NCBI GenBank assembly: GCA_964569415.1
Contig: CAZMUK010000001.1
Coordinates: 16,481-80,480 of the forward strand
Length of the DNA: 64,000 nucleotides
Direction: 5' to 3'
Source: an uncultured Luteolibacter sp.
GTDB taxonomy: Bacteria; Verrucomicrobiota; Verrucomicrobiia; Verrucomicrobiales; Akkermansiaceae
This document shows positions 54,122 to 62,053 of this stretch, in pieces. Each line of letters begins with the position of its first letter. The stretch's first letter is position 1. Below the pieces are notes generated by a model. It saw only the letters and a list, made by a program, of their open reading frames with translations. It ran no database searches and had not been told where the DNA came from. The position numbers and the translations under genes are program-made.

Positions 54122-55203
54122 ACCGCTCATTCTGGCGAGGCAAACGGGTATTGGTGACCGGCCACACGGGCTTCAAGGGCAGTTGGCTTGTTTCGTGGCT
54201 GCTCCGTGCGGGGGCGCGGGTGGGCGGCTACAGCCTGACTCCCGGGCCGGGGCCCTCCCTGTTTCGCGAACTCGGTCTCGCCAAGAGGGTGCAGCATCAC
54301 ATCGGCGACATCAGGTCCCCTGAAAAGCTCATCAAGGCGGTCAAGGATGCGGATCCCCAGATTGTCTTCCATCTCGCCGCCCAGCCGCTGGTGCGGGAAT
54401 CCTACCGCAGTCCGGTACAAACCTATGCGGTCAATGTGCTCGGCACCGTGAACCTTCTCCAGGCAGTCAGGCTTACGAAGGGAGTGAAGGTCGTCATCAA
54501 TGTAACGACCGACAAGGTCTACGCGAACGACGAGAAGGGCGTCGGGTTTAGTGAACACGCTCCGTTGGGAGGCCATGACCCGTACAGCAGCAGCAAGGCC
54601 TGTTCCGAGCTTGTGACCCAGTCCTATCGAGACTCGTTTTTTTCCAAGGAATCCGCCGTATGCTCCGTTCCGGTGCGGGTGGCCACTGCCCGCTCGGGCA
54701 ATGTTGTCGGAGGAGGCGACTGGGCTCACGACCGCCTGATTCCCGATCTTGCCCGGGCATTCGAAGCCAACAGTGAAGCCTTGGTCCGTAACCCCGGTGC
54801 CGTCAGACCCTGGCAACATGTCCTTGAGCCGTTACACGGCTACCTGCTGCTTGCGGAATCATTGTGGTTCTCCCCGGACAACGCCACCTCCTGGAACTTC
54901 GGCCCTGCTTCCCGCCTGTCGAGGAATGTCGGGTGGATGGCAGATATGTTCGTGCGCGAGTGGGGGGATGGCGCCCGTTGGAGGGCGGACAGACGGAAGC
55001 ATCCGCCGGAGGCGCGGTTGTTGAAACTCGATTCGAGGCGGGCCGCAGCAAAGCTGGGCTGGAATTGCCGCCTGTCGATCGGACAGACGGTCAGGTGGAC
55101 GGCAGAGTGGTACAAGCAGAGGTGCAGCGGAGACTGCGTTCGCGATCTCACCGAAAGGCAACTGGCGGAGTACGAAAAACTCGTTTCATCGGCACGGTCA
55201 TGA
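54118..55203 (+). CDS. rfbG: CDP-glucose 4,6-dehydratase
   Basis: FWRGKRVLVTGHTGFKGSWL, HLAAQPLVRESY, TTDKVY, DPYSSSK, RPWQHVLEPL. Confidence 0.95.
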   Translation: MNRSFWRGKRVLVTGHTGFKGSWLVSWLLRAGARVGGYSLTPGPGPSLFRELGLAKRVQHHIGDIRSPEKLIKAVKDADPQIVFHLAAQPLVRESYRSPVQTYAVNVLGTVNLLQAVRLTKGVKVVINVTTDKVYANDEKGVGFSEHAPLGGHDPYSSSKACSELVTQSYRDSFFSKESAVCSVPVRVATARSGNVVGGGDWAHDRLIPDLARAFEANSEALVRNPGAVRPWQHVLEPLHGYLLLAESLWFSPDNATSWNFGPASRLSRNVGWMADMFVREWGDGARWRADRRKHPPEARLLKLDSRRAAAKLGWNCRLSIGQTVRWTAEWYKQRCSGDCVRDLTERQLAEYEKLVSSARS

Positions 55204-56216
55204 ACGGATCCGAAGCACCGCCTTCCCCGAAACGGGACCGGACAAAGACCCTCTCCATCGTGGTGCCGTTTCTCAATGAGGAGACGATCATCGACCTGTT
55301 TTTCGAGGAAACCATGGGCAGGGTCGCCGAACTGGGAATGCCTTATGAGATGATCTGCGTCGACAACGGCAGCACAGATGCCACCTCCGACCGGCTGCTC
55401 CTATGGAGGACCAGGCATCCCGAGATCAAAGTCATCCGCTTTTCGCGTTATTTCGGCAAGGAGGCCGCCCTCACCGCCGGCCTGGACCATGCCTCGGGTG
55501 ACGCGGTGATCCTGATGGACCCCGATCTTCAGGATCCTCCCGCGATGCTCGATGTATTTGTCTGCAAATGGATCGAGGGCTTCGACATGGTCTACGCCAC
55601 CCGTCGCTCCTCGGGGATCGAGTCTCCGGTCAAGTCGTGGCTCAACCGTATGTTCTACCGGGTTTTCAATTTCGTCTGCGAGCAGGGCATTCCGTCCCAG
55701 ACCGGCGACTTCCGGCTCATCGATTCAAAGATCGCGGATGTCCTCAGGCACACCCGGGAAAAGTCGCGTTTTCTGCGGGGCCTCACGACCTGGGCGGGCT
55801 TCAAAAGCCATGCCCTGTTTTTCGACCGCCCCGAGCGGCGCAAAGGAAAGTCGAAGTCCAACTATCTTTTCCTCTGGGCATACGCCCTTGATGCAATCCT
55901 GTCCTCGACCACCCGGCCTCTGCGCATCTGGGTCTACCTCGGATTCATGATCTCGGGGGCCGCGCTCATGGCTGCCTTGATCCTGATCATCAGAACCATG
56001 TTCTTCGGCAAGGACGTGATCGGCTACGCAAGCACCATGGTGACGATTCTTTTCTTCGGGGGATTTCAATTGATATCAATTGGCGTGGTTGCGGAGTACA
56101 TCGGGCGTATATACCGCGAGGTCCAGAACCGGCCGCTTTATGTGATTGACGAATCCTTCGGAATCGCGACCGATCGCGTCCCGCCGGAATGCGGGGGAGG
56201 CGGCAACCCTGACTGA
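55200..56216 (+). CDS. GtrB-like polyprenyl-phosphate glycosyltransferase (GT2 plus two C-terminal TM helices)
   Basis: SIVVPFLNEE, DNGSTD, FSRYFGKEAAL, MDPDLQDPP, GDFRLID, EYIGRIYREVQNRPLY. Confidence 0.92.
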   Translation: MNGSEAPPSPKRDRTKTLSIVVPFLNEETIIDLFFEETMGRVAELGMPYEMICVDNGSTDATSDRLLLWRTRHPEIKVIRFSRYFGKEAALTAGLDHASGDAVILMDPDLQDPPAMLDVFVCKWIEGFDMVYATRRSSGIESPVKSWLNRMFYRVFNFVCEQGIPSQTGDFRLIDSKIADVLRHTREKSRFLRGLTTWAGFKSHALFFDRPERRKGKSKSNYLFLWAYALDAILSSTTRPLRIWVYLGFMISGAALMAALILIIRTMFFGKDVIGYASTMVTILFFGGFQLISIGVVAEYIGRIYREVQNRPLYVIDESFGIATDRVPPECGGGGNPD

Positions 56217-56226
56217 TTAACAGCTT

Positions 56227-57519
56227 ATGACGACATGGAAGCAATGCCGCCTCTGCGGCCATTCGGAACTGAAAACGATTCTTGATCTCGGGGAGCAGCC
56301 GTTGAGTGGTGTTTTCCCGATGCCAGATGAGGCGGACCCGGGCAAGTCGCCCTTGGAGTTGGTGCGTTGCGGCTCGCCGGCGTGCGGACTCGTCCAACTG
56401 AAGCACACGGCCGAGTTGGGGGAAATGTACGGTGCGACCTACGGTTATTTCTCGTCGATCAGTCCGATGATGGTGGCGCATCTGCTCGGGAAGGTCGGCG
56501 ATCTTGCGCAGCGGGCCGGGCTCCGGCCGGGCGATGCCGTGCTGGACATCGGCTGCAACGACGGGACGCTGCTCAATGGTTACGGCAAGGATGCAGGTTT
56601 GCTGCGTGCGGGAATGGATCCGTCTGCCGCGAAGTTTGCAGACCGTTACGATCCGGACATCCGGGTTGCCTTTGACTTCTTTTCCGCGGCCGGGGCCGGG
56701 AAGCTCCTCGGGGACAGGAAGTGCAAGGTGATCACATCGATCGCCATGTTCTACGACCTCGACGACCCGCTTTCCTTTGTCCGTGACATTGCTTCGCTTC
56801 TCACGATCGACGGCATCTGGGCTGCGGAGTTGTCCTACCTTCCGCTTTTGCTCAAGCAACTGACCTACGATCAGGTCTGCCACGAACATGTGACCTACAT
56901 CGGTTTACGCGAAATGGATTCGATCGCGCGGCAATGCGGGTTGCGGATACTGGATGTCTGGTTCAACGACATGAACGGCGGCAGCTTCTATTTCCATGCG
57001 GGGCGCGCGGACGGACCCTATATTGCGAACACGCCGAAGATCGAGGCCTTGCTTGCCGAGGAGGCTGTTCTTGCATCGGACGCCCCCTTCGCCCGTCTGC
57101 ACAACCGGGTCCTGAACCATCGCGACGAGATCAGGAATTTCCTCGGTTTCGCCCGGGCCGCGAAGGCCTCGGTTTGCGGATACGGGGCATCCACCAAGGG
57201 GAACATCGTGATGAGCTACTGCGGCATCGGTCCCGGGGACCTTGAATTCATCGGCGACAGGAATCCGGAGAAGGACGGACGCGTCACGCCGGGGACACGC
57301 ATCCCCATCGTGTCGCACGCCGAGCTGAGGAAACGGAGGCCGGATTACCTCCTCTGTTTCATCTGGCATTTGCGCAAGGAGGTGTTGGCCGACGAACGGG
57401 ACTACATCATGAACGGAGGAAGGATCGTTTTTGTTCTTCCCCGTCTCCACATCGTCGATACGTCCAACTACGAGAGATATCTCGGGGCATCGTTCGAGGA
57501 TCTTGCCTTCTCGATTTGA
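56227..57519 (+). CDS. NDP-sugar C-methyltransferase (Zn-ribbon, SAM domain, Methyltransf_14-like C-terminus)
   Basis: CRLCG, LVRCG..CGLVQL, LDIGCNDGTLL, YDQVCHEH, GYGASTKGN, PGTRIPI. Confidence 0.88.
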   Translation: MTTWKQCRLCGHSELKTILDLGEQPLSGVFPMPDEADPGKSPLELVRCGSPACGLVQLKHTAELGEMYGATYGYFSSISPMMVAHLLGKVGDLAQRAGLRPGDAVLDIGCNDGTLLNGYGKDAGLLRAGMDPSAAKFADRYDPDIRVAFDFFSAAGAGKLLGDRKCKVITSIAMFYDLDDPLSFVRDIASLLTIDGIWAAELSYLPLLLKQLTYDQVCHEHVTYIGLREMDSIARQCGLRILDVWFNDMNGGSFYFHAGRADGPYIANTPKIEALLAEEAVLASDAPFARLHNRVLNHRDEIRNFLGFARAAKASVCGYGASTKGNIVMSYCGIGPGDLEFIGDRNPEKDGRVTPGTRIPIVSHAELRKRRPDYLLCFIWHLRKEVLADERDYIMNGGRIVFVLPRLHIVDTSNYERYLGASFEDLAFSI

Positions 57520-57566
57520 GCAGTTTCAATGGCCATTGCGGCTGGGCGGCTGGATCTTTCCTCGGG

Positions 57567-58550
57567 ATGGGCACTTGTTTCTGGAGAGGGCGGCGGGTGC
57601 TGGTGACAGGCGCTGGCGGTTTTATCGGCCGCAGGCTGGTGCAGGCCATTTCAGCCCGCGGCGCCTGCGTCACCCGTTTGTTCCATGGGTGCGAGGGACG
57701 CAAGTTCCAACAGGGTGTCGGATGGCTGGCGGCGGGGATCACCGACCTGGGCGATATGGCCCATGCCGTTGGTGACGGTGATTTCGAACTGGTTTTTCAC
57801 CTGGCGGCGGTCAACACCAATCGGGGCAGTAGGTTTCCTGCCTACGGCGTCTTTGAAACGAATTTGCGCGGAACCTACACGGTTCTTGAGGCGGCACGCA
57901 TGGCGGGGAAGCAGCCGAAGGTGGTGGTTTTCTCCAGCCGTGAAGTCGAGCCCTTGCTGCGGCGGGATCCGGATGGACCCACCCATCCCTATGCCGCATC
58001 CAAGCTCGGTGCGGAACTTGCTGCCGCTGCCTATGCGGACACTTGCGGCCTGGATGTGTCCATCATCAGAACCGGAAATGCATACGGTCCCGGCGACTTG
58101 AATTTCGGAAGACTGATTCCCGCCGTGATCCTCTCGCTCCTTACCGGCGAGCGGCCCGTCATAAAGGGACCGCCCGAGGCCGTGAGGGACTACATTTACA
58201 TCGACGATTTGATTGCGGCCTCGATGGAAACAGCCGAGAGAGCAAATGGAAACGTCCGGGGCGAGCGGGTGCATCGGCTTGCCACCGGAGTCCAGACAAC
58301 TACGGCTTCGGTTGTCCGCAAGCTCCTCAAGCTCGCCGGCTGGAAGGATGTGGATCCTTTTCCGGGCGTTCCATTCGGCGGCGAGAGAACGGATGAGTAC
58401 CATATTCCCGCACGTTCCGGGTCCAGCCCGGAAAAGTGGAGCGGGGTATCCCTCGACGAGGGGCTTGTGCGGACTTTTGCGTGGTACCAGCGGATCTTTC
58501 GAAGGTTTGGCGGCTCCGCTCTCAGGGAACTGGGGAAAGGCCATCCATGA
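57567..58550 (+). CDS. NAD-dependent CDP-sugar epimerase/reductase (RfbG-related SDR)
   Basis: FWRGRRVLVTGAGGFIG, FHLAA, YAASK, GNAYGPGD, RDYIYIDD. Confidence 0.85.
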   Translation: MGTCFWRGRRVLVTGAGGFIGRRLVQAISARGACVTRLFHGCEGRKFQQGVGWLAAGITDLGDMAHAVGDGDFELVFHLAAVNTNRGSRFPAYGVFETNLRGTYTVLEAARMAGKQPKVVVFSSREVEPLLRRDPDGPTHPYAASKLGAELAAAAYADTCGLDVSIIRTGNAYGPGDLNFGRLIPAVILSLLTGERPVIKGPPEAVRDYIYIDDLIAASMETAERANGNVRGERVHRLATGVQTTTASVVRKLLKLAGWKDVDPFPGVPFGGERTDEYHIPARSGSSPEKWSGVSLDEGLVRTFAWYQRIFRRFGGSALRELGKGHP

Positions 58551-59071
58551 TCGTGGCTTTTCTAACCGTTTCCGCCGTCGCCCTGTGTGCGGCCTGGCTC
58601 CTGCACATCCTGCTCTGGCGGGTGCGACTTCCTTCGCGGCAACTGATGACCTTGCTATCGGTATTTTCCGCAGTCTGGGTTTTGGCCTCGGTCTGGATTC
58701 TGCTCTCGCCGGGATCGTTCGGTTTGGGGGATCGGGTTTCGGCTGCGGGATTCATCTACTTTGGCCTCCTCTATTGGTCCGCGGCTCTCTGCTATGTGAT
58801 CACCTATTCCGCGATGGAGGGGGACAGTCCGACGCTGAGTCTGACACGGCACCTGCATCGCACGGGCAAGGGGGGTGTCCCGCATGAGGAGATTGAGGAG
58901 TTTTTCCGTCAAAGGCCGTTTGTCGGTGCCCGGGTGACGGCTTTGGTCGCGGACGGGGTTCTCGTCGAGGAAGAGAGCGGCTATCGGCTTTCGTCGGGGA
59001 GGTATCTGTTTTTCCGCGTGATCCTCGGCTATCGGCGGTTCGTCTTCGGGCAGGTAAAGGCGGGGGGATAG
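58547..59071 (+). CDS. Small membrane protein (3-4 TM plus soluble C-terminal domain), paralog A
   Basis: Hydrophobic N-terminal half; C-terminal ..HEEIEEFF..ARVTALVADGVLVEEESGYRL. ATGA-coupled. Confidence 0.75.
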   Translation: MIVAFLTVSAVALCAAWLLHILLWRVRLPSRQLMTLLSVFSAVWVLASVWILLSPGSFGLGDRVSAAGFIYFGLLYWSAALCYVITYSAMEGDSPTLSLTRHLHRTGKGGVPHEEIEEFFRQRPFVGARVTALVADGVLVEEESGYRLSSGRYLFFRVILGYRRFVFGQVKAGG

Positions 59072-59086
59072 CAGCGATCGGGTTTT

Positions 59087-59173
59087 GCCACGGATTTCGC
59101 GTTCAGCGCAGATATGGGGTGCGAAAAATCAATTAATTCGGATCAGTGAGATTGGTTTCGTCAGTGGTTCGAA
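59087..59173. repeat. ORF-less element resembling both ends of the GxxExxY cassette
   Basis: 59141-59173 matches 50490-50522 at 25 of 33 positions without gaps. gccacggatt at 59087 resembles the left-end ccacg(a/g)at motif. Confidence 0.65.
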
Positions 59174-59185
59174 CCCCGAAATACC

Positions 59186-59725
59186 ATGGCGGTTGAATGG
59201 TTTTATTTGTCGAGCCCCATTGCGGCATTGGCCATCATGGTCTTGGTGCAGGCTGTTTTCCTTCGCCTGAGGCGCGGAGAGCGCTTTTTCGAGTCGGTGG
59301 TTCGGGGGTTTTCGGCGGGGCTGCTGGTTGTGCTTGCCCTGCAGGCGGTGTTGCTGCTGGTTTTTCCGCGCAATGCCGACCGTTGGGTATTGGCCCTCGT
59401 CGCCAATCCGGCCATCTACATCATGCTCGCCTACTGTTTTTTCAACTTCATCAATCTCGGCCAGGCATCGATCCGGATCCGCATTTTCAAGGAATGCGAC
59501 GAGCGAGGTGGTTTCATCACACATGAGGAGTTGCGCACCGTGTATGACGACGAGCTGATCCGCAGGGCGAGGCTCGAGCGCTTGCTCGAGGGTGGCGACA
59601 TCGTTTGCGAGGACGGCCGATGGAGGCTGGTCAATCCAAGACTGGTTCCGGTGGCCGTTGTGGTTTTCGCGCTCAAGAGGTTTGTCTTGCGCCGGGAGAG
59701 TGAATTCGACGGGATCGGCAAATGA
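59186..59725 (+). CDS. Small membrane protein (3-4 TM plus soluble C-terminal domain), paralog B
   Basis: Hydrophobic N-terminal half; C-terminal ..HEELRTVY..ARLERLLEGGDIVCEDGRWRL. Confidence 0.75.
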   Translation: MAVEWFYLSSPIAALAIMVLVQAVFLRLRRGERFFESVVRGFSAGLLVVLALQAVLLLVFPRNADRWVLALVANPAIYIMLAYCFFNFINLGQASIRIRIFKECDERGGFITHEELRTVYDDELIRRARLERLLEGGDIVCEDGRWRLVNPRLVPVAVVVFALKRFVLRRESEFDGIGK

Positions 59726-60492
59726 GACTCGGACCCACAGAGGAGGTTTCGCCCGCCGCCGCCACGCAGGAAGCTCCCGTGTTTCTGAGTCTCTTTGTTG
59801 CCTGCTACAACGAGCAGGACAATATTCTCGGAACTCTGGAGACGCTGGTCCGTGCGTTGCGGAACACGGTTCCGTCCTTCGACATCATCGTCATCGACGA
59901 CGCATCCCGTGACGAGAGCGTTTCCCGGATCCGGGGATTCATGGCGGAGAACCCCGGGGTTCCGCTCCGCCTGCTGTTGAACGAGCATAACCAAGGAGTG
60001 GCGACCAACTATGCGGAAGGAGCGTTCCGGGCCAAAGGCGAGTGGTACCGGATGATCTGCGGCGACAATGTCGAGCCGCAGGAGACCCTGGAGACGATCT
60101 TCAGGGCAATCGGGAAGGCCGAGGTGGTGGTTCCCTACACGGTCGAGATCCGCGGACGCAGCACGTTCCGCCGCCTTCTTTCCAAGACCTTCACGACATT
60201 GGTCAATTTCATCAGCGGGTACCGGATGCATTACTACAACGGGTTGCTGGTGACACGCGCCGAGTATGTGAGGCGTTGGCACTCGAACTCGCATGGATTC
60301 GGTTTTCAGGCGGACCTTCTCACCAGGCTGCTTTCAAAAAATCTCCCGCATCTCGAGGTTGCGGTCTACGGCAACGAACGGGCCACGGGCGAATCCAAGG
60401 CCTTGACGCTCCGCAATCTTGCCTCTGTCGCGCATTCGTTGCAGAACATCGCGATCCGCCGCATCTCCAAAGCTCTCTACGGCCAGTGCTGA
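59722..60492 (+). CDS. Glycosyltransferase family 2 (DPM1-like)
   Basis: LFVACYNEQDNI, IDDASRD, MICGDN, HGFGFQADLL, GNERATGESKA. Confidence 0.87.
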   Translation: MRLGPTEEVSPAAATQEAPVFLSLFVACYNEQDNILGTLETLVRALRNTVPSFDIIVIDDASRDESVSRIRGFMAENPGVPLRLLLNEHNQGVATNYAEGAFRAKGEWYRMICGDNVEPQETLETIFRAIGKAEVVVPYTVEIRGRSTFRRLLSKTFTTLVNFISGYRMHYYNGLLVTRAEYVRRWHSNSHGFGFQADLLTRLLSKNLPHLEVAVYGNERATGESKALTLRNLASVAHSLQNIAIRRISKALYGQC

Positions 60493-61070
60493 TCGGCATC
60501 GATCTCGACAACACCATCGTCTGCTACGACGCGGTTTTCGCCGATCTCGCTTCCGAGGCAGGCCTGCCGGAGGAAGTCGCGGCAGCGGGCAAGCAGGCGA
60601 TCCGCGACCATCTCCGCCGGGCGGGCCGCGAGGAGGAGTGGACGATGATGCAGGGACTTGCCTACGGCAGGCGAATGCCTGATGCAGCGCCCTTTCCCGG
60701 CGTGTTGGAGTTCATGGCGCAGGCGGTCGGGCTTGGATACGAATTGGCGGTTGTCAGCCATCGCACACGCCAACCGATTCTCGGGGACCCCTTCGACCTG
60801 CATGGCGCTGCCTCGGAGTGGCTGGTCCGGTGCGGCGCGGACCGTTTGGCGCGGATCTTCCTTGAGGAGTCCCAGGCATCGAAGGCCGCCCGTGTCCGCG
60901 ATCTCGGATGCGCGGTGTTCATTGATGATCTTTCCGATTTTCTCGGGCGTTCTGATCTTCCCGTTTTGATGAGAAAGATTCTTTTCGTTCCCGTGGAAAG
61001 CGGCGAATGTCCCGGATTCGAGACGGTGGGGAGCTGGGAGCGGATCGCGAACCTCTTGTTGGCGAGGTGA
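60486..61070 (+). CDS. HAD-superfamily hydrolase-like protein
   Basis: LIGIDLDNTI (motif I), VVSHRT (motif II), VFIDDL (motif IV). GTG start at 60486. Confidence 0.8.
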   Translation: MLIGIDLDNTIVCYDAVFADLASEAGLPEEVAAAGKQAIRDHLRRAGREEEWTMMQGLAYGRRMPDAAPFPGVLEFMAQAVGLGYELAVVSHRTRQPILGDPFDLHGAASEWLVRCGADRLARIFLEESQASKAARVRDLGCAVFIDDLSDFLGRSDLPVLMRKILFVPVESGECPGFETVGSWERIANLLLAR

Positions 61071-62053
61071 GTGGCGACTTTTTGCTGTCGGCCGAAGTCG
61101 CTGCGTGGTTGGAGCACCGGGGTTTCACCCGTGCCGAGCGGGTTGTGGGGGGCAGGAACAACCGGTTGTTCCGGGTGTGGGGCGGGCGTGGCACGGCGGC
61201 TCTCAAGCTTCATTACCGGGGAGGCGGTGACCGCCGCAACCGTTTTGGTGTGGAGAGGTCGTTTTACTCGTTGGCCCGAACGCGCGGGGTTTCCGCTCCG
61301 CTTCTGCTCGACTCCGATGAGGACCTCGGAGCATGTTTGCTCGAGTGGGTGGACGGAACTCCTGTGGGTGCAATCAACGGGCAGGACCTCGAAGATGCGG
61401 CGGGATTCCTCACCGGAATGAATGAACCGGTTCCGGCGTCGTCCGAAGTACCGGTTCCGGCGAGTGAGGCCTGCTTTGCGACGAGGGACCATTTGGCGCT
61501 TCTTGATGCCAGGATCGACCGCCTGCGCGAAGCGGCCGAGGGAGTTGCTGCGGTCGGGGATTTTCTTGAGTCGATCCTGTTGCCTCACGTTGCCGAGCTT
61601 CGGGTACGACTGGAGGGTGATGTCCCGGCGGATTTCGGAGCGGGTGGGGGGCGGAGGATTCTTTCGCCTGGGGACTTCGGTTTTCATAACGCCATGCGGC
61701 GCGATGACGGGCGTCTGGTGTTTTTCGATTTCGAGTATTCCGGATGGGACGATCCCGCGAAGACCGTCGCGGACATTTTCCTGCAGCCCGAGAGTCCTGT
61801 CGCTTGGGGGTTTCTTGAAGGATTCTGTGCCAAGCTGGATGGATGGCCGGATCTTGTGCGGAGAGTGCGGGCTTGGGTTCCGTTTTACGCCGCGAAATGG
61901 GCGGTGATTCTTCTGGGTCCGATCACGAACCAAGCCGCGGAGAGACGCCGTTTCGCGGGCGAGGGGACCGATGCTGCAGCCGTCGTACGCCAACAGGAGA
62001 AAGCGAAGGAAGTCATCCGTCGCGGGAGGGAATTGGCAAACCGGGGAGCCTGA
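61067..62053 (+). CDS. Aminoglycoside phosphotransferase/choline kinase family protein
   Basis: GGRNNRLFRV, ALKLH, LSPGDFGFHNA (catalytic loop), FFDFEYSGWDDP. The GTG start overlaps the previous stop. Confidence 0.85.
   Translation: MSGDFLLSAEVAAWLEHRGFTRAERVVGGRNNRLFRVWGGRGTAALKLHYRGGGDRRNRFGVERSFYSLARTRGVSAPLLLDSDEDLGACLLEWVDGTPVGAINGQDLEDAAGFLTGMNEPVPASSEVPVPASEACFATRDHLALLDARIDRLREAAEGVAAVGDFLESILLPHVAELRVRLEGDVPADFGAGGGRRILSPGDFGFHNAMRRDDGRLVFFDFEYSGWDDPAKTVADIFLQPESPVAWGFLEGFCAKLDGWPDLVRRVRAWVPFYAAKWAVILLGPITNQAAERRRFAGEGTDAAAVVRQQEKAKEVIRRGRELANRGA

Noticed and set aside
59160-59182. gtggttcgaacccc resembling a tRNA T-loop
   Set aside because: The T-stem does not pair and there is no cloverleaf; it is better explained as the GxxExxY-type repeat end.
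61067-62053. Aminoglycoside resistance gene
   Set aside because: The fold is shared by many small-molecule kinases, and the coupled position in a glycan operon argues for a biosynthetic role.
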